From positions 2,232,001 to 2,296,000 of the forward strand of contig SMSO01000034.1 of assembly GCA_004764695.1 (NCBI GenBank): a stretch of 64,000 nt of DNA. The letters are read 5' to 3'. Under the pieces are notes generated by a model that was given only the letters and a program-made list of their open reading frames with translations, was not told where the DNA came from and made no database searches. The translations under genes were made by a program, and so were the position numbers. This stretch comes from Schizochytrium sp. TIO01 (Eukaryota; Protista; Bigyra: Labyrinthulomycetes). Below, piece by piece: positions 34,215 through 44,949 of this stretch; within the stretch, counting starts at the first letter, position 1, and every line of letters begins with the position of its first letter.

Positions 34215-36525
34215 ATGGGAGCGCCTCTCGTTGTCTCATTTGCGTTGGCGCTGGCATGCGTCCATGCATGCGTTGGTAGTCCACTCCTGGTGCAGGTAGC
34301 GGAACTGTCTCGTCGAGCAGCAATTGCAAAAGGTACCAGTACTTTGGCACCAGAAGATGCGCTTTCCGTTTTGCACAGCGCAGCCAGCACCAACTCTCGA
34401 TTGAGTGATGAACTTGAAAGCCTTCTTTTCAAGTCATTATGGTCCGAGGATGGGGAGAACTTCGATCACTTTGATATAGTATTCGAAGACCGAAGAACCA
34501 TGGGTATCATGTTCGAAGAGCTTCGGTCTGGCGGCCTCGGTGTAAAACAACTTTCTCCGCAAGGATACGCACAGCAAACTGGGCGTGTAAAACCAGGTGA
34601 TCAGCTTGTGGCCATCAACCTGGAATATGTGCAAGACATGCCAATCATTGTAAGTTAAGTTTTTGACGCGCATTTTAAAATTTGGCGTTTGCCCCATGTT
34701 ATACTGACAAGCTGTCTGTGCTTTTGTCCATTATTAAAGGATGTCGGAGATCTAATTACTGAAGGTGCCTATCCCAAGGTATATAGATTCAGAAGGAAGC
34801 GTCCTGACCAAAACCCTCAAGCAAATTCTCAACAAACACAACACAAAGCCAACGAGGGACAACAAGGGCCACCTAGTAAGGCTTCCGCAAAATTAAAGGG
34901 GAAAACTTGTCACCAAGCATGGTGATGGCACATTCAGTGTTCAAGTGGTAGATCTCCAAAATCTTGGACTTTCAATTCTTGATGACCTCTCAATTTCTGG
35001 CGTGAAACCACAAAGCCCATTCCATCGCATTGTACAGGTCGGGGACCACCTTGAGGCTGTAGATGGTGTCAATGTCGTAAATGAACAACTTGCGGATGTT
35101 GTTCGACGCATTAAGTCTGCTACGCCACCCTTTATGTTGAAATTGAGATATGATGAGGAACGAGATTTTGAAGACTCGTCAATACCTGCACAAAAATCTT
35201 CAAAGAGTACCGCTAACGACAGTGAAGCTGATGATGAAGATGGGCCACCAACACACCTTGGCGCAGAGGGAGAGCTTGTAATTACCTCGCCACCAATTCT
35301 GGCGGGTGCAAAGTATCCGATTCAGTTTGCTACATTTGGTGAGGCTTCTACTTGCGAAGAACGAAACATAAGCATGCATGTAGATGCTGTAAACTCAGGG
35401 CGTCTTGGCATGGGATGTTCGCGTTCTGGGCCTGCAGAACCATACTCTTTAGCCAATAGTGTTGTTTTTGTTTTACGTGGAGAGTGTACATTCGTCACGA
35501 AGGCTCGTAACATCAACAAGGCTGGAGGTCAAGGCATGATTGTTGTGACGCGAGACTTTGAGCCTGTTACTACGATGCCTGCTGGCGCTGGTGAGCTACG
35601 GCTCGGGCCTGTTCAAGGTCCAGCAGCAATGATCTCCTGGAAGGATGGCGACGGTTTACTTGGACTTTTACGCAAAGGGCTACTACGTGCCAAAATTCGT
35701 GGCCCACATTGCTCTGATGATGATGCGAGACCAACATCCATGACATCAGAGGATAATGACGGTGAAGAATTCGCAATCGAAGACCTTGGCGAGGGTCGCA
35801 CACGTAAAAGACATAAAATGACAGATGGCGTAGAGCTTTTACTCTGGGACTCAGTATCAGGAGAAACCTATCATGAAATTGGAGTTCTTGGCCAGATTGG
35901 TGGCTTTAAGTATGCAGACTATCCGACTGTATCACTTGCAGAGCCCAAAGTGGCTGCTTTTGCCCCAGGAAATGGTTTAGGATGTGAAGCTTTTGCAAAC
36001 GCTGCTGACTTCCAAGGTGCTATTGTGGCTGTATATCGAGGTGAATGTTCATTCGGTGACAAGGCTGTGAACATCCAGAAGGCAGGTGGTATCGGTATGA
36101 TTGTGATCAATACCGATCCAGGGCTGAATAAGCTGTATCCTCTCATGGTTCCTCCTGATATGGAAGCTGCTGTTAAAATTCCCGGTATTATGATCAGCAA
36201 GGAGGCAGGAGTGCGACTACGGGAACTCCTTGTCCCTGAGGGAGGCGAGGCAAATCAAGTTGATCAGTTTGGCATGCCAGTAAAGCTTGCCCCGCCACTT
36301 ATTATCGCAAAGTTCTTTCGCAAGAGCTTTTATTACTGCAATCGCAATAAAGGTATTCTATGCGGTACCACGTAAATCTTAATTACGGAAATTGAATTTT
36401 TATGTACAAATAGGAATACTGATCACTACCATGTACTTTTCGAGGAATGTCTTCTTTTTTGTTTTAGCACTTACGCAGAGGTGGCAAAAGAGGAGGGTGC
36501 AGGAGGTCTAGAAATGCCTGAATGA
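34215..36525 (+). CDS. Secreted protein with two PDZ-like and two PA (protease-associated) domains; spliced, with one +1 frameshift at ~34898-34905
   Basis: Signal peptide MGAPLVVSFALALACVHACVG. PDZ motifs VKPGDQLVAIN and VQVGDHLEAVDG. PA motifs VLRGECTFVTKARN..KAGG and VYRGECSFGDKAVN..KAGG. Exons 34215-34649, 34740-36371 and possibly 36468-36525; otherwise the CDS stops at 36375. Confidence 0.8.
34650..34739 (+). other. Spliceosomal GT-AG intron (90 nt)
   Basis: GTAAGT donor, TACTGAC branch-like site, TAAAG acceptor. Removal gives in-frame ...DMPII|DVGDLI, completing PDZ1. Confidence 0.85.
36372..36467 (+). other. Probable second GT-AG intron (96 nt)
   Basis: GTAAAT donor overlapping the ORF stop, TACTGAT branch-like site, polypyrimidine tract and TTTTAG acceptor. 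Splicing adds TYAEVAKEEGAGGLEMPE*. Confidence 0.5.
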
Positions 36526-36778
36526 AATGCTGGTAGATATTTGGATTAGCACTATGCGAGATAATAGTAGTCAGAAAACGTATGAAAGCATGTGTTTATT
36601 TTTATTGTATGTAGATAGATGTACGAGAGCAATATTTTGGAATTGCTTCTTGTTCGTTTCCGATGGATAACATCGACAACGAAAGCCGGACCTAGTATTG
36701 TTGCTGGAGCTGCTATTGCTGCTGCTGCTGCTGCTGGATGTGAGAGTACTGTGCCTTTGAGATACTACTCTACTAGAA

Positions 36779-37822
36779 CTAGTTTGTGAACATGTACTTG
36801 TTGGATGAGCTGAACGAGGGTCCAAAGACAGCCTCATACTGGAGCTTCTGGGCCTCTGCTGCACGGACTGTGTTTTCCATAAGCATCGAGGTGGTCACTG
36901 GACCAACACCACCGGGCACAGGGGTAATCCACCCAGCCACGTTAAGGCAAGAATCCATATCTACATCACCAACAATAGACTCCTCACCAGTCTCGGGGTC
37001 CTTGACAGGGTTGATACCGACATCGATGACAGCACAGCCAGGTTTGAGCATATCGCCGCGAATCAGGTTGGCCTTACCTACAGCCACGAAGACGGCATCA
37101 GCCTTGCGAGTATGCACAGAGAGGTCACGAGTCATGTGGTGGCAGGTCGTGACGATGGCTTGTTCATTCATGAGCAGAAATGAGATTGGTTTACCAACGA
37201 TCTCGGAGTGACCCACCACAACGCAGGAAAGGCCCTTGAGGCTACGTTCAGGTCCACTAGCAAGGCTTGTGGATTTGAGGCACGCCACAGCTGCCTTGGC
37301 GGTACAGGGGACAAGGTCTGACTCATCATAGACGACGTTGCCAATGGATGTCGGGTGCATTCCCTCGACATCCTTAAGAGGGTGGATTGCATTTTGCACG
37401 GCATCCGGGGACAAGTGAGGCGGGAATGGTCTCTGCATGATGATTCCAGTGACTCTAGGATCTTGGTTGATTTGCTCAAGCACGCTGACAAAGTTGGGGG
37501 AGCTCACCTCAGCACTGACGGCAAGCTCTTCAAAGACGATGCCGCATTTCTCGGCAACCCTGCGCTGATTCTTGACATACCATGCAATCGCGGAGTCCTC
37601 TTCGTCGACATCTTCGACATCAGGATTGACCACAACTGCGTGGGAGTACTTCTTCTCCAAACTCGCCGGGAGCTCGCTGGCCTCTGCCTTGAGCGACTTC
37701 TTGAAGACCACTGAGACCAGCTTCGGCTGCCACCCCGCCGCCGAGAGGCTCTTCACCTGCGCAGTGACCGTGCGCCTGCTCTGCAGCGCAATCTGCGTGC
37801 CACGAATAAGCTTGTGCGCCAT
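36779..37822 (-). CDS. folD: Methylenetetrahydrofolate dehydrogenase/cyclohydrolase (FolD family)
   Basis: Likely start MAHKLIRG at 37822. KDVEG, PCT, VVVGHSEIVGKP, IDVGIN, GDVD and TPVPGGVGPVT motifs. Confidence 0.93.
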   Translation of the reverse strand: MAHKLIRGTQIALQSRRTVTAQVKSLSAAGWQPKLVSVVFKKSLKAEASELPASLEKKYSHAVVVNPDVEDVDEEDSAIAWYVKNQRRVAEKCGIVFEELAVSAEVSSPNFVSVLEQINQDPRVTGIIMQRPFPPHLSPDAVQNAIHPLKDVEGMHPTSIGNVVYDESDLVPCTAKAAVACLKSTSLASGPERSLKGLSCVVVGHSEIVGKPISFLLMNEQAIVTTCHHMTRDLSVHTRKADAVFVAVGKANLIRGDMLKPGCAVIDVGINPVKDPETGEESIVGDVDMDSCLNVAGWITPVPGGVGPVTTSMLMENTVRAAEAQKLQYEAVFGPSFSSSNKYMFTN

Positions 37823-38489
37823 TATCCTTAAGAAACCTCGCGCCCCGGGACGTCCACGGCCCTCGAGCACGACAGCTTTATGCAAATCGCAAATTGCAAT
37901 TGACTTCTTCGATGACGCAAATTTTATCACTTTTCTTCTCCAAAGTTCACTTCTTTTCCCCATATTATCCCATAGAAGATGCTGTTCTTTCTCTTTTTCT
38001 CTTTAATTGTCATCATCCATAAAAACTTTAACTTTATTCTCTCTTCGGTACTTCATATTCATTACCACATATCCTTAATTCTATAATTATCATCACTTCA
38101 GTCAGTTATTCTCATCGACGGAATCGACGTTGAGGCCTGAGCACGATTGCTTCGCGAGATCAGGAATGAGCACTGACGATGGCATTGGGTGACACGCTTA
38201 TTCGTTGATTGAGTCATCGATTGAGTCATTGATTCATTCATTGATTCATTCATTGAAACCACTTTCCTTCGGCTCCTTTCCATTTCTGCAGCATCTTTTC
38301 AGTCTTTTTTTATAGAATTTTATAAAAACATCCCGCGCTGTTTCCAAGTTGACTTCAGGGGGGTAATCTGTGAAGATCTTTGTAATTCCTGCGCGTTCTG
38401 CAAAGCTATGGCGAATGTTTGAATTCTAATATAGTCTCACAATACACCCCTCCCGTTCCCACACGTTCCCGCGTGAGCCGGTGTCCACA

Positions 38490-38813
38490 AGTGAGTTATA
38501 CGGTTAGAATACAGTAGAGAATACAACCCTCATAAAGTGAGTTATGCTCGAGATATACAGTGGGGTATACGCCTTGTCTACTGTGGGGTATGTGGTAAGT
38601 CTACAGTAGAGTATAGAAATGTATTGAAGAAGGGTATAGGCGCTGTAAGTGGAGTATTCTTGAGTGTAAGTAGGTTATAGGGGCGCTAAAGTGGGAATCA
38701 CAGCCCACGCACGGTAGCAAGTTGACTATGTTGCAACTGCAAGTGAGTTATAGGATAGCTACAGTGGGATATAGGATATTTGAATGGGTTTTACAGTTTA
38801 CAAGTGGGTTATA
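38490..38813 (+). repeat. Phased array of 15 degenerate 11-bp motifs (consensus AGTRRRKTATA) with variable spacers
   Basis: Motif starts at 38490, 38513, 38536, 38559, 38582, 38605, 38628, 38648, 38669, 38690, 38720, 38742, 38763, 38783, 38803. Confidence 0.85.
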
Positions 38814-38923
38814 GCTTGGTGTCACGATGGCGGAGGACATAGGTTAGGTGATACTTGGTCGTCGTCGATGGCGCAGAGTATCTTGAAATCAGAGCAAAAC
38901 CGCAGGGCTTGGCTCCATAGACG

Positions 38924-40795
38924 ATGTTTGGCAAGGCCAGCGATGTGTCAGGTGGCAAGGAGAGCAAGCTGAATGGCAAGGCCGTGAAGGGCCTGGTGGC
39001 CACGCTGTGCAAAGCGTTCAAGCCGGCGACTGCAGAAGATCTCAAGGACAAGCTTGGTTTTCACGCCAAAGCTGACGTCTTTCAGAGCAAGCTGCCGAAC
39101 AAGGCTGTCATCTACGGTGTGGGCAAAAAGGGTGAAGCGGACTACTGTCTGCTTTTTATTGATGTCAACGGCCGTGGAGATGTCTTCTACCCGACCGTAG
39201 ACGCGCTCTGGAAAATGCCCTCGCTGTTGCCCGAACTTGTGGTGCACGCGCCTGTGAGCAAATTTGTCGTGGGCAAAAATGCGGATGTAATGCTCCCTGG
39301 CGTTGTTCGTGAGGTCGAGGAAAGAGTGGCTGGATCTTGCTTTGGAATTGGCTCTGTTTATAAGGGTCAGCGCAGGGCTCTCCGTGCCCGTGGTAACCCG
39401 TGCCCATTCGCCGTTGGCGAAATGCTCGTGGATAAGGAGATGATCTATCACGGGGGGTTCCGGGGTAAAGGTATGCAAGTGCTGCATCGCTACGGGGACC
39501 AGCTTTGGGCACTTGGCGGTAAGCATAAACCGAATGAGGGTTTTCTTGACGATCATATTGTGGCCACGGAAACTCTTGCAGATTCATCTGATGATGAGGA
39601 CAACGGCGATGATGATGAAGAGGGCCAAGACGCCTGGGACGAAGGAACCGCACAAACCCAAGCTTCGATGCCCCCTTCAGTGCCTGCGGCTGAAGCTGCT
39701 GAAGGAGAACAAGAATATGGAAATAAAGATTTAGTAGAAGAGAACAATGCGGAGGACAATACTACGGAGGAGGAAGAGGAGCCATTAGATATGAATACTT
39801 TGGTTGAGCAGACGTTTTTGCAAGCGTTGAAGAGACATATTAAAGACCGCGAGCTTCCCATGCTGGTAAACCAGTTTTTCTCAAACGTACTGCTGCCTTG
39901 CAGGCCGAAGAATGTTGTCTTGAACCTCAAGCAAACCAAATATAAGAAAGTGGGTGTGTTCATGCATGCAATGGAAGCGAAAGGGATCATCTCACTGCAG
40001 GACAAGGGTAACGGTGTTGAGGCCCTTAAAGATGTCTATCGTGAAGCTCCAGAGCTGCGCGAGTTTAAGCCATGGCCTAAGGAGCAAGAGTTTCAATTTT
40101 CCTCAGAGGAAGACCAGGATGCTCAAGGTTCAGGGGGCAATGCGCACGGCCGCGTTATCATCGAGGAGCGTTGGAAACTCACCGGGAACAAAGCATTGAA
40201 GGAGGTGCTTGCAGATGCCCAGCCCACAAAGTCGCAGCAAGGTTACCTTACTGCTAAGCAAATTCGAGATGCTGTTCTTTCGTATGCAGACAAGCATAGC
40301 CTAGAGGACGTCACGAACCGCCGCTTTATTTTGCTCGATGGAACCTTAGCAGATGCTCTTTACCCGGCCAAGAAACGCAGCAATGGCGAAAACCCGCCTC
40401 TCAAACTTGAGAAGGGTCAGCTTGCTGACCTCCTTATGCAGCGCATGCAGGTAGGACACGAAATTACCTTTCCTGACGGGACTCGAACTAAGTTTAAGTC
40501 GGGTCCAGCACCAAAGATCAGCGTTCTAGAAGAGCAACGCCAGGGGCGCAAATTTGTTACTCGTGCCTGGGGCCTTGAGGTCTTCGGCCTCGATGCAGAG
40601 ACCATTGCTCGTGATGCACAGCTTAAGTTCTCTAGTTCCTGTACAACACAGCCACGGCCTGGTAATACGACTGCAATTGAGGTCGTCATCCAGGGCAGGG
40701 TTTTACGAGACCTTGCTGCTATGCTTGCTGCTCAACACGGGCTCCACGAACAGAAACACTTCCAGACTGTTGACAAGTCGGGTCGACCCAAATAA
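38924..40795 (+). CDS. EIF2D: Eukaryotic translation initiation factor 2D (ligatin)
   Basis: MFGK start, YPTVDALW, pre-PUA/PUA (NADVMLPGV, HRYGDQLW), KQTKYKKV, SWIB-like region and C-terminal SUI1 (RQGRKFVT...EVVIQG). Confidence 0.93.
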   Translation: MFGKASDVSGGKESKLNGKAVKGLVATLCKAFKPATAEDLKDKLGFHAKADVFQSKLPNKAVIYGVGKKGEADYCLLFIDVNGRGDVFYPTVDALWKMPSLLPELVVHAPVSKFVVGKNADVMLPGVVREVEERVAGSCFGIGSVYKGQRRALRARGNPCPFAVGEMLVDKEMIYHGGFRGKGMQVLHRYGDQLWALGGKHKPNEGFLDDHIVATETLADSSDDEDNGDDDEEGQDAWDEGTAQTQASMPPSVPAAEAAEGEQEYGNKDLVEENNAEDNTTEEEEEPLDMNTLVEQTFLQALKRHIKDRELPMLVNQFFSNVLLPCRPKNVVLNLKQTKYKKVGVFMHAMEAKGIISLQDKGNGVEALKDVYREAPELREFKPWPKEQEFQFSSEEDQDAQGSGGNAHGRVIIEERWKLTGNKALKEVLADAQPTKSQQGYLTAKQIRDAVLSYADKHSLEDVTNRRFILLDGTLADALYPAKKRSNGENPPLKLEKGQLADLLMQRMQVGHEITFPDGTRTKFKSGPAPKISVLEEQRQGRKFVTRAWGLEVFGLDAETIARDAQLKFSSSCTTQPRPGNTTAIEVVIQGRVLRDLAAMLAAQHGLHEQKHFQTVDKSGRPK

Positions 40796-41220
40796 ATCAT
40801 TTAAGACATTGTACATTCTTCGCTTCTGTGTTTCTTGTTCGACCTCTGAAGAGATTGAGAACTGCTCGACAATAAAATGTCTACAACACATGCATTTCTA
40901 AATTTTATAGAGTCCCTGGGGTGTAATATATATATATATTGAGTAATCTCGTTTATTGTAGTCCTAAGCAGAGCATCGCCGTGTGTTCGGATTGAAATAT
41001 AATATATTTAGTTCGTGATTTTTTACATATATAATGGACAAAACTTGTTCATTGAGTTCTATCCGTAAAGAAAGCTAGGAGAAGACCATAATAAAAGTAC
41101 AGAAGACTTGAATCTCAGAAGATATAGTACGAAGTATTTTGAAGGATCCAACAACAGAAAACCCAATAGGCGAAAGCAAGAGGGGGGGGAGAGAGAGATA
41201 GTATCTCCTACATAGTTTCC

Positions 41221-43209
41221 TTAAACGTTGTCCGGGGTGCGACCAAAACCATAGTTTCGCAGACTGCCCTGGCGTGTGCCATAAAAAATGCCATAACCAA
41301 CCTGTGGGTGGAAGGTTGCGATATTGATATCGTCGTCGGCGTGCTCAATTGAGCGCTCAAAAACAATCTCATCATCTCCGGGAGATGTACGATAGAGAGC
41401 AGCAATTCGGTGCATCTCAGTTGGTGCATCCCTGTCAAGCCGTAAGCCATAGCCCAGCACAATGAGCTCCTGAGTTGGGCTGAAACGGATCGAAGTGATA
41501 CCTCTTGCAGCGCTTCGCTCGAGTATTCCCTGGGAAAGAACTTCACCAAGTCGGCCTGGCTCTAGATTAACAATCACAATACGATATACGCTCTCACTTG
41601 TCATCGCTATACGGAGCCGCTCAAATCGGCTAGTGGCTCCAACTGCACCAATCCGTCGCACTGGGTGAACAGGTTGTTGCTCAACCGTACTTGAGTTATT
41701 GGAGCCGGTTGCTGACGTGGCTCTCGCAAGCTCTGCATTTGTACGGCGCATTTTAGGCGGGCTCTCAGAAGCTTGATGTCTTGAAGCTGCTCCACTCGCC
41801 CTTCCGTGGGTTTCTGCTGAGGATTGTTGCGTTGGTGCAGGTCTGGTGTGATTGTGAGAAGTCACGAGTTGGGGCTGTTCCTCTTTCAGGTTTAAGGAAT
41901 CAACTCGTTGTGCAATAGATGCTAGACCTGGCGCATGCGAATTTGCGGATGTATTAGACCCTCCCCGTGAAATTTGCGCTAGATGATCCTGGAGGTGCTG
42001 CTGATTGCTCTCTGGGCGGGGCGTTCGATTGTCCTGGTTTTCACCAGAGCCACTTGAATCAGAGGCTGAAAGTAAGGGGTTTTGCTCAATACGCGACGAA
42101 AGAGCCTCGTGAACAATAGCGCAAAGTTTAGTACCACAAGGTGAGATATGGAATCCGCCGTCATTGTAGAGTACAGCATGGGAGACTATTGTTTTAGGAG
42201 GGCGCACTGGGGAAAGATGAGCGTTCCTAGTTAGGAGCCATTGGGGTACCGAGTTCGCGACGAACTCAAAAGTCTGTAACTGCACGGTGATCTCCTCCCT
42301 CCGATTAATGTAATGCACTGCGGATGGAGGCCCAATTGAAGATGCTACACCGACCAGCATGGAGTTTCCAGAAGGTGTAAACCCAACACAGCGCACATTA
42401 CGTTGCATCTGCATGAGACATGTTGCGTCAGCGCCAGTTTCATAATTCCAGAAGTAAACCCGCCGGCCGGCAGCAAGAATGAGCCAGGGATGCTTGGGAT
42501 GAAATGCGAGAGAGACAATTTCCTTGTGCAAATAGCATAAATGTTCGCATTGTCCGTCACGGAGGTTCCATATCCGGGCCTCGCGGCCAAGACAACCTGA
42601 TGCCAGAATCATTGGATCTGTAGGGTGAAATTTGACTGTCCACGGCGTTCGTCTATGCCCGGCAAGCGTCTTCCAGAGATCCCCAGAGCCAACCTTGAAA
42701 ATTTTTACAGTGTGATCACCATGGGTGGATGCCACCAGTTTACCATCTGGTGAATGTGCAACAGATATTGTGCTTCGTGTAGGTTCGTCTGTGGGCATTG
42801 TGCGCAGGCGCCCAGCCGTTGACATTGAGGCAGATTCGACCCAACGCTCCAAAGCACCATTATTGCGTGGTTGCAAGCAAACCCCCCGGTTTGATAATGA
42901 GGCTTGCTCTCTGGACTGCAAGAGGTGAAAGATATTTGATCTATTTGCAAATGCCCCTGGCCTAACCAGATGATTTCGCCGCCGCGAAGCAAAACGTGCT
43001 GTACACCAGGAAGAAAACCCTCGCGGGCACCTTGGGGATTCCAGCACGAAATTTTCGGAGTGCCCTTGCCAAGGCTGCAATGGACCTAGTGCCGGTGATG
43101 TACATGCGCAAAGATATGAGCCATCCTCATCTTCCCCAGATCCCGCAGCGCATGCTTTGCACATTGGGACTCTGTGGAGTGCCGAAGTTGGTGACCGGGG
43201 TCTCTTCAT
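41221..43209 (-). CDS. AMBRA1-like split WD40 protein
   Basis: ASTHGDHTVKI, GHRRTPWTVKFHP..PMILASGCL, then a disordered insert, then C-terminal WD blades (ITSIRFSPT...LGYG, INIATFHP..G.GIFYGTRQG). Confidence 0.85.
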   Translation of the reverse strand: MKRPRSPTSALHRVPMCKACAAGSGEDEDGSYLCACTSPALGPLQPWQGHSENFVLESPRCPRGFSSWCTARFASRRRNHLVRPGAFANRSNIFHLLQSREQASLSNRGVCLQPRNNGALERWVESASMSTAGRLRTMPTDEPTRSTISVAHSPDGKLVASTHGDHTVKIFKVGSGDLWKTLAGHRRTPWTVKFHPTDPMILASGCLGREARIWNLRDGQCEHLCYLHKEIVSLAFHPKHPWLILAAGRRVYFWNYETGADATCLMQMQRNVRCVGFTPSGNSMLVGVASSIGPPSAVHYINRREEITVQLQTFEFVANSVPQWLLTRNAHLSPVRPPKTIVSHAVLYNDGGFHISPCGTKLCAIVHEALSSRIEQNPLLSASDSSGSGENQDNRTPRPESNQQHLQDHLAQISRGGSNTSANSHAPGLASIAQRVDSLNLKEEQPQLVTSHNHTRPAPTQQSSAETHGRASGAASRHQASESPPKMRRTNAELARATSATGSNNSSTVEQQPVHPVRRIGAVGATSRFERLRIAMTSESVYRIVIVNLEPGRLGEVLSQGILERSAARGITSIRFSPTQELIVLGYGLRLDRDAPTEMHRIAALYRTSPGDDEIVFERSIEHADDDINIATFHPQVGYGIFYGTRQGSLRNYGFGRTPDNV

Positions 43210-44949
43210 CACAACTTTGATTGATTCTTTATTTGGGGGGGGGGAGGGAAAGGATCACCTAACGTTGTATCTATCCCCGTGTTCTTATATTTACTTTCGG
43301 CAGTTATCTGAAAGCTAGTGCTCCTCGCAATATGTGTATTGTTCTTGACACCTTGAAAACGGGCTCACGCAAACCACGATCTCCACAATCTTGGTCCCCA
43401 GCAGGACACAGAGATATAGAGACTGATAAAAGTGAGTTTATCTAACGAAAGTTAGAGTGATTGATCTATCCCTGGGCGTCTACGACTCGCTCGGCCGCCG
43501 TATCACCGCGCTCGCTCGTGCTTGGTCACTTGCGAGACGCTTGCTTCGTCGTTCTCGTTATGGATTTACTCGCTCCGGATCCTTCGGGTAAATAGCGCTC
43601 TTAAGAGGTTATATTAAATGTTTTTATTTAGTCGAGCTATTTTTCACCTGTTTTTAGTAAGAATTATATACAGTAAATCTTTTTGAATATACCTTTATTA
43701 CCCCCTTGTCGGCTTATTTAAAACTCCCACACTCACCCGTGATCCAAGGTTAACTAGGATAATTACAAAGGAAGGAACGGGTTGAGAATGGGGCTAAGAT
43801 AGGAGTTTTGTCAATTCGGAGGCTGTTGCGGGTCTTTCTTTCTTTCTTTTCTTTCATATCTTTCTTTCATGTATAGAGAGATCTTAGATATATGTAATAG
43901 TTAAGCAAATAGTAGTACGTCTCTTGGCAATGTTCTTTGCAGAGAATTTTGCGATTAAGCAATTGGCGCGAACAACACGGCACCTAGGAAATCGAACTCA
44001 CTCGCGAGTTGTTTTTTGCATTGAACGCATTTCTTTGTAGGAACGCGCCATGCAAACTGACCGAGGATACATGGCCAGATGCATGGCCAATCATTTCATA
44101 TATAAAATATTCCACAGGAGTGTAAATCTTCGGTTCGATCCGCTTGGAAGGTGTTGCTGTACTGGTGAATAGATTTCTCAGGGGATTGTTATCTTTGACC
44201 AAATGCAAGAATATCGACAGCCATATCGCTCAATGAGAAAGTCGAGGCTTTGCAAATTGATGAGAACGTTGGCTCCGCAAGATACTGGTGAGTGAGTCAA
44301 ACACTTGGGTAAACTTGTAACTCCTGTAATGCTATGACCATGGAACTGGAATTAGTATCTAGAAGAAGAGTTTAGCATACGCTTTAGAGAGGAAGAGCCA
44401 TTACGCGGCGCGTATTTTCAGGAATGTGCCCATTACTGCCGGTAGCAAGAGTTGTATGCTTAGAGTTGTACGTCTAGCTTCTATTTAATTACATTTTGGC
44501 TTCTAGAGCATTCATCCCAGATAAAGGTTGATCCGATACATTCACGCAAGCAAGAACAAGAAAGGAAAAATAGGAAAGGGAACAAGAGCGCATTATGATT
44601 ACGATGCGGTAGAGAAGGAAAAGAAGACATCAAAATTTGGGGCAAAATCATCACAGAGACTTTGAAGACATCAAATGTATAAAATGCGAGTTGGAGATGA
44701 CGAGGATGAGCCCGGAAGAAGCTTTGATGAACTCTGAGAGTTAAGCAAAGAACAAAACAACAAATAAGAAGCATCTGTCTAGCTTGCCTCTCCCGACCTC
44801 AAATCTCCCTAACCACAAGTGGTGGTTGTCTCACAGCTGTTGGTTGTTGTGACTCTTAAGTAGCGAGACAGTCAGTCAGTATGTTGTGCGTATAAGGTGA
44901 AGACACGCCTCACGCACGTGCAAGTCCTCCTAAGTAGTACGCACTGAAT

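Noticed and set aside
37823-37963. 47-aa upstream extension of the FolD ORF as a targeting peptide
   Set aside because: It lies in AT-rich UTR-like sequence and family similarity starts at MAHKLIRG; not excluded but unsupported.
38490-38813. CRISPR interpretation of the motif-spacer array
   Set aside because: Repeats are only 11 bp and degenerate, spacers are about 10 bp, no cas genes are present and the context is eukaryotic.
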